Below, in pieces: positions 20,140-29,655 of a DNA stretch of 64,000 nt (within the stretch, counting starts at the first letter, position 1; the number at the start of each line of letters is the position of its first letter). Location: NCBI GenBank assembly GCA_965203805.1, contig OZ241917.1, positions 1,728,001 through 1,792,000 on the forward strand, read 5' to 3'. The notes beneath the pieces were generated by a model. The model had not been told where the DNA came from. It did no database searches and worked only from the letters and a program-made list of their open reading frames with translations. The stretch is from Candidatus Latescibacterota bacterium. Its GTDB lineage: Bacteria; Latescibacterota; UBA2968; GCA-2709665. The translations under genes and the position numbers were made by a program.

Positions 20140-20784
20140 TCAGATACCGAGGGCTTCTTTGGCCTGGTCGATGGGAAACCTTGCGTTTTCAACCTCGGAC
20201 TGCACGTGCAGCACCCGCCACATGGGCCCGTCTTTCTCAAGCGCCCCGTTAATGGCACGGACCGCGTCGCCAACGGTCAACGCCGTATCGCCTTCGCCTC
20301 CCACGTCGCCGAACCGCAGGCACGTCACGCGCACCGAATGTTCCCGCGCAAATTCCCTGCACGTGAATTCACCCAGGTACTTCGCCATCGGGGCGGCATC
20401 CGTGGTCGGGCGCGGCGCCCACTGCTCCGTCACGATCCAGTTCGGGTCGCAGGCCGCAAACAGACTCAGCGAGCTGATGTAGACCACGTGGCCGACCTTT
20501 TTCTCCCGGGCGCCAACCATCAGATTGTAGGTACACCGCGTATGGAAATCGACTTCTCGCTCGTCGTTCCTCAGCCCGTCCGGCAACTCCGCGAGATGCA
20601 CGATCGCATCCATACCGTCCACCAGGGATTCCGTCTCTCCCTCGTGGCCCAATTCGCACTGACGAAAGGGAAACTTCGTGGTCACGTCCGAGACATCGGT
20701 CAACGTCACTTCGTGCTGCCGCGACAGGTCCTCCGCCAGGGCCTGGGCCAGCGACGTACCTCCCGAGGTAATCAGAACTTTCAT
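20140..20784 (-). CDS. NAD-dependent epimerase/dehydratase-like protein
   Basis: MKVLITSGG, DAIVHLA, YISS, LRFG; catalytic YxxxK tyrosine not evident. Confidence 0.75.
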   Translation of the reverse strand: MKVLITSGGTSLAQALAEDLSRQHEVTLTDVSDVTTKFPFRQCELGHEGETESLVDGMDAIVHLAELPDGLRNDEREVDFHTRCTYNLMVGAREKKVGHVVYISSLSLFAACDPNWIVTEQWAPRPTTDAAPMAKYLGEFTCREFAREHSVRVTCLRFGDVGGEGDTALTVGDAVRAINGALEKDGPMWRVLHVQSEVENARFPIDQAKEALGI

Positions 20785-20902
20785 AAATCACGCTCCTGTA
20801 TTTGGTAACTCAATCTTGCCGTGTGCAGGGATACCTATTTCGCCAATTAAGGCAGGCAGTTCGGCCGTAACGGCCGCATTCCACTCCCATGCAAATCGCG
20901 AG

Positions 20903-21226
20903 CTACACGGCAACCACGCGTCTTTGTCCCTCGCCGCTATCTGACGGAATGATACGGATCTCGATATCGCGATTCAGGCGAGTAAGAAATGTCATTAACC
21001 GGTCAACGCTGTAATGATTGAACTTTCCCCTCTTCAGCCGGGATATTTCAGGCTGTTTCACCCCAAGGATTTCCGCCGCCTCAGCCTGGGTCAGATTCCG
21101 TTTTCCGATTATCTGAAAGACCTCAAAACCGAGTGTTGCCTTGAGAAACAACGCTTCCGCGTCTGGTAAGTCCAGATCCTGAAACACGTTTCCTGAACTT
21201 TTCTCGATCTTGATCCTATCGCTCAT
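20903..21226 (-). CDS. XRE-family HTH antitoxin (HigA-like)
   Basis: SSGNVFQDL...LTQAEAAEILGVKQPEISRL; downstream of the toxin gene. Confidence 0.88.
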   Translation of the reverse strand: MSDRIKIEKSSGNVFQDLDLPDAEALFLKATLGFEVFQIIGKRNLTQAEAAEILGVKQPEISRLKRGKFNHYSVDRLMTFLTRLNRDIEIRIIPSDSGEGQRRVVAV

Positions 21227-21584
21227 AGTCCGCCTCCAGCTCCAGCGCCTTTCTCAGGCGTCGCCTGATCAGATCGACCTCTCTCAAGGGAGTCCTGGCT
21301 CCACGTGTTGATTTTTTCTGAAAACAATGCAATACATAAACCCTCGCGCCAATCTTTACTGCGTAGACCGCGCGAAAAGCGTCCGTTTTATGATCCGCCC
21401 GAATCTCAAAGACGCCTGAGCCAACGCCCTTAAATGGTTTGGCCGCGGGAGACATGCTGCCCGCCTGCGCGATAAACAGAGCGTCACCGATATCTTTCTG
21501 AACCTGCGCCGGAAACTCCTTCAGCCTGGTTCTGGAGTCTCCAATCCAAAAGACCGTCCTCAAATTTTCTCGAGCACGAGACAT
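21216..21584 (-). CDS. RelE/ParE-superfamily toxin (HigB / Gp49-like)
   Basis: KPFKGVGSGVFEIR...FRAVY...VYVLHCFQKKS. Confidence 0.9.
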   Translation of the reverse strand: MSRARENLRTVFWIGDSRTRLKEFPAQVQKDIGDALFIAQAGSMSPAAKPFKGVGSGVFEIRADHKTDAFRAVYAVKIGARVYVLHCFQKKSTRGARTPLREVDLIRRRLRKALELEADYER

Positions 21585-21589
21585 TAAAT

Positions 21590-21618
21590 ATTATAACCAA
21601 ATGGATATAAATTGTCAA
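21590..21618 (-). promoter_or_regulatory. Consensus sigma70 promoter with palindromic operator for the TA operon
   Basis: TTGACA-17 nt-TATAAT on the minus strand; inverted repeat TTATAACCA-aa-TGGATATAA at 21591-21610. Confidence 0.8.
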
Positions 21619-21718
21619 GCGATGCGTCAATTGCACGGTCCGGGCGGCCGGTGTATCAGAGACGAGAGGTGTCCGGCCGAACAAACAGAATCCGGACGTT
21701 CGATCGGGCATCGCGGGT

Positions 21719-22237
21719 TCAAAGGTACTGATAGTATGTTACCTGGGGCTGCGCAATGTTGAATCCCACTTTCTTGTAGGCGCGGCGGGCGGGCGCGTGG
21801 CCCACGTCCAGCCCCGTCCCCACGGCGGCGAACCGAAGGCCTTCAGTTCGAAAAAGGTCCAATGCGTACCGATACATCGCCGTACCGATTCCATTCCCCT
21901 GGGTTTCAGGGGCTACCGCATTGTTCGTGATTCTACCCAGGGACTTTCCGCGATCGATCGAAAACGTCAGGAATGCGACCACCTGCCCAGTCTGTGCCAT
22001 GACGACAACCCGGAACCAGTCGGGATGTCGCTTCCAGTGTCCCTGCACCGCAGCCGTCTTTTCCGCCTCCCAGTTCTCACACAGCAGGGCGTGCATTTCT
22101 TCGCCCATGATCTCAACGCTACTGTCGTGAATCCGCTGCCACGCCTGCCTGGCAATCTCGCCCACCCGATCCATATCCTCACGCACCGCATGTCGGATTT
22201 GAAACCCCGGGGCCAGCTCGGCGTTGTGGCGGCTCAT
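21719..22237 (-). CDS. GNAT family N-acetyltransferase
   Basis: NAVAPETQGNGIG acetyl-CoA motif; PARRAYKKVGF. Confidence 0.85.
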   Translation of the reverse strand: MSRHNAELAPGFQIRHAVREDMDRVGEIARQAWQRIHDSSVEIMGEEMHALLCENWEAEKTAAVQGHWKRHPDWFRVVVMAQTGQVVAFLTFSIDRGKSLGRITNNAVAPETQGNGIGTAMYRYALDLFRTEGLRFAAVGTGLDVGHAPARRAYKKVGFNIAQPQVTYYQYL

Positions 22238-22419
22238 CAGACCTCCTGGCAACTCTCGATTTCCTTGTGGATAATGCCGCTCGTATCCACTGGGCAGGTA
22301 CACGGCATTTTGGAGCCGGCCTCGCCATTCCACAACTACAAAGGCGTTGACTTTCCACGGCGACGCGATATCTTGAAATCGAACCCTGCCACCGGAAAGG
22401 TACGAAAGGAGCGCGTCGC

Positions 22420-23184
22420 ATGAAACTGGGAATTGTCACCTACCAGATCGCCAAGGACTGGGATGTGCCGGCATTGCTCGATATGTGCCGAACAACGGGA
22501 ATCCAGGGCGTCGAACTTCGCACCACCCACGCCCACGGCGTGGAAATCGGCCTCTCGACGGGCGAACGTGCCGCTGTCAGAGGCCGGTTCGAAGACGCGG
22601 GCATCGATATCGTCGGACTCGGAAGCGTCTACGAATACCATGCACCCGATCCCGAAACCGTGCGTCAGAACATCGACGGTACCATTGAATATGCAAGACT
22701 CGCCGCGGACCTGGGGTGTCCGGGCGTTAAGGTGCGTCCAAACGGACTGCAGACGGAAAGAGGCATTCCGGAAGAGCAGACCCTCGAACAGATCGGGCTG
22801 GCCCTAAGGGAATGCGGCCAGGCCGCCGAGGGTCTGGGCGTTCAGATCCGGGTTGAAGTCCACGGCAGGGACACCTGCGAACCCCGGCGCATGCGCCGCA
22901 TTATGGACCATGCCGACCACGAGAACGTCTGGATCTGCTGGAATTCGAACCCCCAGGACGTCGTCGACGGTTCGGTCAAGACGGGTTTCGACCTCCTGAA
23001 ACACCGGCTCGGGCTCGTGCACATCAACGAACTGCACAAAGCCGAATACCCGTGGCGCGAACTGTTCGGGCTCCTGAAGGCCGAAGGATATGACGGATAC
23101 ACGCTTGCTGAAATCCCCGACAGCCCGGAGCCGGAACGCCTGTTGCGCTACTATCGCGCGCTCTGGCAGGCCCTGACGGCCTGA
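22420..23184 (+). CDS. Sugar phosphate isomerase/epimerase (xylose-isomerase-like TIM barrel)
   Basis: GVELR, VEVHG, VHINEL, TLAE; AAGGAG RBS; TTGACT-16 nt-TATCTT at 22347-22374. Confidence 0.82.
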   Translation: MKLGIVTYQIAKDWDVPALLDMCRTTGIQGVELRTTHAHGVEIGLSTGERAAVRGRFEDAGIDIVGLGSVYEYHAPDPETVRQNIDGTIEYARLAADLGCPGVKVRPNGLQTERGIPEEQTLEQIGLALRECGQAAEGLGVQIRVEVHGRDTCEPRRMRRIMDHADHENVWICWNSNPQDVVDGSVKTGFDLLKHRLGLVHINELHKAEYPWRELFGLLKAEGYDGYTLAEIPDSPEPERLLRYYRALWQALTA

Positions 23185-23262
23185 TCCGGCGTACGGCATC
23201 GTACTGCGCTGGCGCGGGGCGGTGCCATGCGTATTGACGTTCGTACCACGGAACTTCCACAT

Positions 23263-24567
23263 TCATGCCCGAACCTCCCCCGTTTTCAGCCCGAAGTTGA
23301 TGCGGTTGTCATTCAGAATTGATACCGCACGTCCTGGCGAAACATCAACTACTGACCCATCCGATTTAGTCATCGTCCATGCTTCTGTGGTCAGATTTCG
23401 CAGGCCGAAAAGATTTCGAACTTGTGAATTCTGAACGACTTCCGCGATCGGCGTGTCGTCATCGCGGGCCTGACCGACGTGGTAGCCGAACAGTCGGGTG
23501 GTGCGATTGAGTAGGATGATTTCGTCGTCAATTTTGATGCGCGGTGGGAGTACCAGCGGCTTCTTGCATGACCAGCAGCGCTTGCCGCCAGCGGGCGCGA
23601 CCGCAGGCTCATAGAAATTCTCGGCGCCGCATCCGCACCGCCAGATGCTGTTGATGGCACTGGCAAGAGCCTTCCGCCACTCCGACTCACGCACGCGCCT
23701 TGGCGGATAGCGCAATCCGTCCGTGAACGATCGCCGGAACAAATCGGCCAGAATTCCCGGGTACATGTCGCGAAAAGCGATGGGGTTGTCGTGTATCCCG
23801 GGAACAGGACGGTTGGAATCGTCCTTCGTATCCCAGATGTAGAGCGGATTAGATCCGTATAGTCGCTCGTAGGCAGGCACATCGAGACAGCGTATGTTTG
23901 CTTCAAGTTGACCGTCGAGGGGATGACCGCCGTACAAAAGAAAAAACAGAAGTACCGCCAGCGAGTAGAGATCGGTATCGGCAGACGGAGCTTGCTCTCG
24001 ACGAACCACCTCTGGGGCCATAAAACGTTGGGTACCCAGCACACTGCCCGTTTCGGCGCCCGTAATGTCAACGTTGTCGTTGTCGCAGATGCGGATATCG
24101 CCGGTCTTCGGATCAAAGAACACATTGGTAAAGGAAATGTCCCGATAGCAGAGGCCGTGGCTGTGGAGGCGGAGGAAGCCATCCGCGAGTTTTCTGCCAG
24201 CCGTGAGCAATGCACGCAATGATGGGTGGATCCGCCGTGCCATGAAATCTTCCACGCCGCGGAAGTTGGGCTCTCGAAGGGCCATGATGTAGCCGTACCG
24301 TTCTGACTGGATATCTTTTACCATCGCCATCGGCCACAGGAAGTGCGGTGCAGGCGAGCCTTTTTCAACCAACCGCTCAAGTACCGCTTTTTGTTCCACG
24401 GTAGACGTATTCCGGTGATATATCTTCACCGCGACGGCCTCTCCGCCGTCAGTGGCTTTCCAGACCTCGCCTTGTCCCCCCTGACCGAGCAGTCTATTGG
24501 CAGTGATGCGCGTTCCGTCTGTAATTTTCAGTAGTTCTGGCTTTCGCATTTGCGACTTCTCCATCAT
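23263..24567 (-). CDS. Ser/Thr protein kinase (TerY-P / YegI-like) with C-terminal Zn ribbon and beta domain
   Basis: GQGGQGEV, VAVK, YRDISFTN, DNDN, MAPE, DLYSLA; CGC...CWSC. Confidence 0.9.
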   Translation of the reverse strand: MMEKSQMRKPELLKITDGTRITANRLLGQGGQGEVWKATDGGEAVAVKIYHRNTSTVEQKAVLERLVEKGSPAPHFLWPMAMVKDIQSERYGYIMALREPNFRGVEDFMARRIHPSLRALLTAGRKLADGFLRLHSHGLCYRDISFTNVFFDPKTGDIRICDNDNVDITGAETGSVLGTQRFMAPEVVRREQAPSADTDLYSLAVLLFFLLYGGHPLDGQLEANIRCLDVPAYERLYGSNPLYIWDTKDDSNRPVPGIHDNPIAFRDMYPGILADLFRRSFTDGLRYPPRRVRESEWRKALASAINSIWRCGCGAENFYEPAVAPAGGKRCWSCKKPLVLPPRIKIDDEIILLNRTTRLFGYHVGQARDDDTPIAEVVQNSQVRNLFGLRNLTTEAWTMTKSDGSVVDVSPGRAVSILNDNRINFGLKTGEVRA

Positions 24568-25568
24568 TTCAAGATTGCTTTAGCCTTTACTGTTCCCACA
24601 ACCCTGCAGAGGGCATCTCGGATCCATCGTACGATCCAGTTGTTCGATGTTGCCTCCAGATTCCCCGTCGGCGACTCGTCTGATTCCATCTCCGCTGGCC
24701 TCTCCATCGAAGTCCGATTCGGCTCATTTTGCGGCGAATTTTCCGACGATATTATGGAGGAACCCGCAACAGTCTGGCTCGTTGATGGCGGCCAGTATAT
24801 TAGCGCAAGGCCGATGTCGTCACCAGCTCCCTGGGCGGTGGTCTGCTCAAGGAAACCCCGCAAGTTCAAGGCGGAGACCCCATTCTTGCGTATAAGGTTG
24901 AGATAATCGGGGCCAATCTGCCTGAACGCGGCGTCCGTCGGGTATGATTTGCTGTATCCATCGGTCGAAAGCACGAGGAGTGTCTCTCCAACAGGTGCAC
25001 GTAGGGCGCGCATACGAAGCGAGTACTCTGCCTCCGGAAGACACAGACTGGAAGTTTCGTCGGCGAACGCCGCAGGGTCGGCCGGTAGCAGGACTTCGGG
25101 TTTTCCATCCTTGGCGACGAGCAGAACATCGCCGTCTCCGAGTTGTCCAACCAACAGGAAGTCCGGCGTGGCTAAGGCGACTATGAGTGTCGATCCATAA
25201 TCCGAGAGCGGCGATTCGTCGTCGCCAGCCTTGGCGCGTACTTGCGCTTTCCATTCCCGGACGATGTGCATGCGGAGGGGATGTTCAGCGCACTTCCGTA
25301 CCTGCGTCAAATTTGAAGCGCGTTCACCGAGATCCGCGGCGAACCGCACGAGCGAGGTAAGCGCCACCTGGACTGCGAGTCGGGCGCCGACGTCGGCGTG
25401 TTTGCTCGTGCCATGGCCGTCAGCGACAGCCGCGACGACGGAGTCGGCGACCGCACAGACCCCCACCTCATCCTGGCAGGGTTTACCGGACCGCATGTGG
25501 TTCGCACCGATGACACGCTCAAAGGCGACTGCGGGTCGTCGGCCGGTTTCTCGACTACCAGACGTCAT
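24564..25568 (-). CDS. PP2C-family protein phosphatase (TerY-P / YegK-like)
   Basis: H...PCQD, VADGHG, LGDGD, STDG, GDDI metal-binding motifs. Confidence 0.9.
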   Translation of the reverse strand: MTSGSRETGRRPAVAFERVIGANHMRSGKPCQDEVGVCAVADSVVAAVADGHGTSKHADVGARLAVQVALTSLVRFAADLGERASNLTQVRKCAEHPLRMHIVREWKAQVRAKAGDDESPLSDYGSTLIVALATPDFLLVGQLGDGDVLLVAKDGKPEVLLPADPAAFADETSSLCLPEAEYSLRMRALRAPVGETLLVLSTDGYSKSYPTDAAFRQIGPDYLNLIRKNGVSALNLRGFLEQTTAQGAGDDIGLALIYWPPSTSQTVAGSSIISSENSPQNEPNRTSMERPAEMESDESPTGNLEATSNNWIVRWIRDALCRVVGTVKAKAILK

Positions 25569-26271
25569 TGGCGTCTGCCATGTCTGGCTCCGGAGGCGGA
25601 GGCAACGGCACATTGACGCCGGCGGGAGCAGCCGACGTCTGGCTCGCTGGAGCGGACGCGGCCTGCAACACTGCGGTGGACGCCCAACGGATATAATTGA
25701 CCAGATCTTCTGCGTTGTCGGCCTGCAACGGTTGAATCTCTGCGTGACCGATGAAACGCTGGAGGACATTGTTATCCGCATCGCCAATTGCGATTGCAAG
25801 ACGCACGGCCTTCTTGCCCCAGGGTTCGGCCATCAATGCTTCTAGCCCTTCATTGAAGTTATCCGTAGGTTGTCCGTCACTGATAAGCACCAGAACGGGA
25901 GGCAACGCACGCTCAGGCATCGGCGGCGTCTTGAGCGCGTCGTCTGTGACCAGAGACAGGGCACGCCCCATAGAGGTCATGCCATTGGCCGAAAGGTCAG
26001 TCCACTCAAACTCATCAACTGCTGTCGGCTGTGAAACGTGCCACTGGGCGCCGGATGAAAACTTGATCGCCCGCACAAGGACCTCCGCGTTCGGATTGCC
26101 GTGTGCGACCTCTCGCATGTGCGGGATGGCCTCCCGGATCGCTTGATTGAGTGCTTGAATCTTGCGGCCCGCCATTGAGGACGAGCAATCCGCGATGAAG
26201 ATGAAATGGAGGGGCCTGTTTGCGATAGGCCCACCCGGGAGTTTGTGCTCCATTGACTCTTCTTGTTCCAT
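25555..26271 (-). CDS. terY: TerY-type vWA domain protein
   Basis: MIDAS DCSSSM, TSMGRAL, ISDGQPTD; RPLHFIFIAD; GGAGG RBS. Confidence 0.9.
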   Translation of the reverse strand: MEQEESMEHKLPGGPIANRPLHFIFIADCSSSMAGRKIQALNQAIREAIPHMREVAHGNPNAEVLVRAIKFSSGAQWHVSQPTAVDEFEWTDLSANGMTSMGRALSLVTDDALKTPPMPERALPPVLVLISDGQPTDNFNEGLEALMAEPWGKKAVRLAIAIGDADNNVLQRFIGHAEIQPLQADNAEDLVNYIRWASTAVLQAASAPASQTSAAPAGVNVPLPPPPEPDMADANDVW

Positions 26272-26311
26272 AGATTTTCCTCCGTGTTGAAGTTGCTTTG
26301 ACCTGTTACGC

Positions 26312-28555
26312 CTATGAAGGGTTGACGACAGCCACGAGTTCGGCCTGAAGTCGTTCCGCGACGGGCTTCGCTGGCTCGAGTTGATCCCAGGTGCGGATGG
26401 CGAGGAAGCGCTCTCCGCGAAATTCGTAGAGTTCCCCTATCTCTGGAGGCGCCTCGGACGGGATCGGCGGATGCGAATTCACTTCACCAGTTGACGGGAC
26501 CGGAAGTCGCTGCGGTCTATCGAAACGGAATTCCTCCGATGCAGCACGATTGAAATTCTCAATCTCCCTGGAGAGACGGGTAGCATCGGCCTGAAGGTCG
26601 GCAATCGCCGTGTTCGCCTCCGTCAGGCGAGTTGGTACATCGCCGAGTTCGGACGTGGGAGGCAACCAATCTGATAGGCTCTCTCGGTCCTGCTTGTTGC
26701 GGGCGACCATCTGCTCTGCCTCCCTCACGCGCTTATTCGCTCTCTTTCGTGGTCCCTTGGACCGCTGGCCCTTATGCTCTCTTTTGAGAGACTTCCAGAG
26801 TGTGTGCGATTCCTCCAGCTTTGCCTCAAATTCAGCCCGTTCCTTGTCCAAGAAAGCCTTCCGATCCTGGCGTTTGGTTGCCACAACGTTGTCAAGAGTA
26901 GCCTGCACTTCCCGTCGTCTATCCTCCGCCGTGCCCTGGGCTTCCTCGTTTGCCGATAGCTTCTGTCGTGCCTCACCCAGCTTGGCCTTGGCGTCATTGA
27001 CGCGCTGTTCCCATACGCCTCGCTGATCTTCCCTCGCCATGGCATCCTCTGCACCCTGCTGCTGACTAAAGGCGTTACGCCGCAACCCATCCACGCGACC
27101 GACGATCCAGACGAGGCGTTCCATGCGCTCTTCTGCTTGATCCGATATCCCGCTTGGACGCGACTCACCGATTTCGTCAAGTTCGTCTCGGAGTTGCTCT
27201 CGTTCCGAGGCCAGGTTCTCATCCCGAGACGGGAGCCATTGGCGAAGTTTGTTCAACAGCCCTTCTTGACTCTCAAGCTCGTCAAGCTCGTGGCGGAGTG
27301 TATACACCGTGCGCGACGCCCACTCATCCACTGCTGTCCAGCTACGTACGATCTCGGCAGTGCGGGCGTCCGGCGGCAAGGCAGCCGGCACTCGCTGCCA
27401 TCGGATGGTCGCTTCCAGGGCGAGAGGCGGAATATCTGGTAAGCGAGCGGGCCGAACAGAGTCGAAACTCAGCAACGGCGCGTCCAAATCGCCGGCGTCC
27501 AACGGGACGGACCGTACGATCTCGGCTGGCTGAGTCGCCCCGTCGAGCATCACTTTGCCATTGACGGAGGCGAGCCGTCGCTCAGGATGGAATTCCCAAT
27601 CGGGTTGTTTCGCCATTTTGTCGAGAGAATGGATTAATTTTATCGCCTCGCCGCTAGGCCATTCGACCTGGAGTGCGATCGGTGCTTCCACGAGATCCAT
27701 AACCATACGCTGACGTGTAATCGTCGTCCTCGGAAGGCCGGTATCAACCCACAGCACCCGGTGGCCTCGTTGGCAGAGCGCCTTGGGAAGATCGAGATCT
27801 ACTGGGCTATCTCTCCCGCCGTTTGCCCAGGTGCCAGTGGGAGGAACAAACAGCACCCGCGCGCGTCCGGGGTCTACCGCCATCGGTGAAATCCTGATCT
27901 CGCCATCGGGAACCGGATCGTCGATATCTCCGTCCAGTCGGAGCCGGCCAGCCGCGAGCGAAATGTCGTTTCCGGGAGGGTCGAACGGTGCTGCCAGCGG
28001 CTCTTGGAAGGAGACTTCACCACTGATGTCCGGCAGGGCTTCGCGCTCTGCATGGAACCAGAACAGCACTCGAAATGCCTCAAACAGTGACCGTGCCAAG
28101 GCTCCCTCGACGGGAATCGCCCATCTTTGATGCTCTGCGGTAGGCCCTACGACAAGCCGTCCTTCACGTCCTTTATCTACGACGAGCCAGTCCGCAGGTG
28201 GGTGAGGACCCAAGCGGGTGAGGACCCGGTCACCCATACCTGCGGTTCTTTGAACCATTGCAGTATCGGCCTCAAGAGCACGGTCCCCATAGATATAGAG
28301 TCGGCAGCGCGCAGGAAGAGATTGTAAGACAACGTTAAGCAATTTGTGCGAGGTTGCTGTCGCACCTATCGCGAGGACTACGATGTGAGCATCCGTCACG
28401 ATCGGCTGCACGTCATTGAAGGCGTAGGAGCGGTTCAAGTCGGTCCAAGGAAGGTCAATATTCGCACCGCTGCCCTGTTCCCAGAGCGGAAGCTCTTTCT
28501 CCCTCCGGTCAATCCGTTCCTCCTGTACTTCGGATTGAATCGGCCCGCTACGCAT
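26312..28555 (-). CDS. Hypothetical protein with possible degenerate PLD-like N-terminus and long C-terminal coiled coil
   Basis: Long ORF; TGATG coupling to the upstream gene; E/R/A/L-rich heptad region in the C-terminal 300 aa. Confidence 0.8.
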   Translation of the reverse strand: MRSGPIQSEVQEERIDRREKELPLWEQGSGANIDLPWTDLNRSYAFNDVQPIVTDAHIVVLAIGATATSHKLLNVVLQSLPARCRLYIYGDRALEADTAMVQRTAGMGDRVLTRLGPHPPADWLVVDKGREGRLVVGPTAEHQRWAIPVEGALARSLFEAFRVLFWFHAEREALPDISGEVSFQEPLAAPFDPPGNDISLAAGRLRLDGDIDDPVPDGEIRISPMAVDPGRARVLFVPPTGTWANGGRDSPVDLDLPKALCQRGHRVLWVDTGLPRTTITRQRMVMDLVEAPIALQVEWPSGEAIKLIHSLDKMAKQPDWEFHPERRLASVNGKVMLDGATQPAEIVRSVPLDAGDLDAPLLSFDSVRPARLPDIPPLALEATIRWQRVPAALPPDARTAEIVRSWTAVDEWASRTVYTLRHELDELESQEGLLNKLRQWLPSRDENLASEREQLRDELDEIGESRPSGISDQAEERMERLVWIVGRVDGLRRNAFSQQQGAEDAMAREDQRGVWEQRVNDAKAKLGEARQKLSANEEAQGTAEDRRREVQATLDNVVATKRQDRKAFLDKERAEFEAKLEESHTLWKSLKREHKGQRSKGPRKRANKRVREAEQMVARNKQDRESLSDWLPPTSELGDVPTRLTEANTAIADLQADATRLSREIENFNRAASEEFRFDRPQRLPVPSTGEVNSHPPIPSEAPPEIGELYEFRGERFLAIRTWDQLEPAKPVAERLQAELVAVVNPS

Positions 28556-29655
28556 CAGGCCTCCATTCCCAAATCGGCACCCGCGGCGAGCAGCCACCTC
28601 GTCCGGGCGGCAAGGAGTCGACCATTCACCTCAGAGAGTACTGACGGATCGGGCGCGTCTCCAGCCCATTTTGCCAGTGGGGTATCTTCGATAATGTCTG
28701 ACCACTCCGACTGATAGGCATCGGGAACCATATATATGTCCTCGGCCTCGGCCTGAGCAACGAGAATAGCGGTTGCCCAGGCGCGAGCGTCATCTTTTGT
28801 TGCCGGACCGACCGGTATGTCTCGGACCTCAACCCTATCGAACGGGCCGAAATCCCTGACCTGCTTATTCCTGTAACTCTTAGACCGAAGGAATGACTCG
28901 CGTCCGCCCGGCCCGACCTTTCCGTCATACGCTATGGCGAGGCGACCCACTTGCTCGTCCCATTGCGGTTCCCAGTCTGCGTAGACATCGACCAACTTGC
29001 TCGGCTCCACCGACTCAGGTGAGGATCGGAACTTGCCGCGCCGATCCCAGTCTCCGCTCACTCGCCCTTCAATCGTCCACTTGTTGCTGCCCGATCCAAG
29101 GTCTATATCCCACTGCAAATTCCCCGTGGTCATCTCTTCGATGCGGCAGACCGGACTTTGGCCTCTTTGTGCCGGGAACTTCGCAATGTTGAATCGCTTA
29201 TCTTGGAAAATCGACGTGAATACCCGGTCACGTTTGGGTGAGAGCCACGATGGAAGCAGCTCGTGGTTGCTGTAGTCGCGATCTCTCCTATCGCCAGGAG
29301 TACGTTTGAAGTCAAGGACATAACTTTCAAAGAGCGGATGGAATGCCACGAGCAGACGATATACGCCCTGCTCCCGGGCAGGCGCCTCGCCCGACGACGC
29401 ACAACGGCGTCCGAGAGCAGTCAGTACTCCGTTTCGATCAACAAGCTGAATATAGCGTAGGTGGCGCAAAAGGTTTGCCCTTGCCCGACGCGACAGCCCC
29501 GGCAGGACAGTCTCAAACACGTCCTCGTCGAGAGCGCCACGGCCCCGAGCGGCGACGCATAAGACCTTAAGATCCGGTCTCTTTTCCCAAACGGTGAGTT
29601 CTGCAAACACCGAAATGTCCCGGATCTCAACTTCTGCTTCGAGGCGGGCATTCAT
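28555..29655 (-). CDS. Hypothetical protein (helicase-associated)
   Basis: 366 aa ORF with ATGA overlap on the helicase stop; wHTH-like LRYIQLVDRNGVLTALG. Confidence 0.8.
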   Translation of the reverse strand: MNARLEAEVEIRDISVFAELTVWEKRPDLKVLCVAARGRGALDEDVFETVLPGLSRRARANLLRHLRYIQLVDRNGVLTALGRRCASSGEAPAREQGVYRLLVAFHPLFESYVLDFKRTPGDRRDRDYSNHELLPSWLSPKRDRVFTSIFQDKRFNIAKFPAQRGQSPVCRIEEMTTGNLQWDIDLGSGSNKWTIEGRVSGDWDRRGKFRSSPESVEPSKLVDVYADWEPQWDEQVGRLAIAYDGKVGPGGRESFLRSKSYRNKQVRDFGPFDRVEVRDIPVGPATKDDARAWATAILVAQAEAEDIYMVPDAYQSEWSDIIEDTPLAKWAGDAPDPSVLSEVNGRLLAARTRWLLAAGADLGMEA

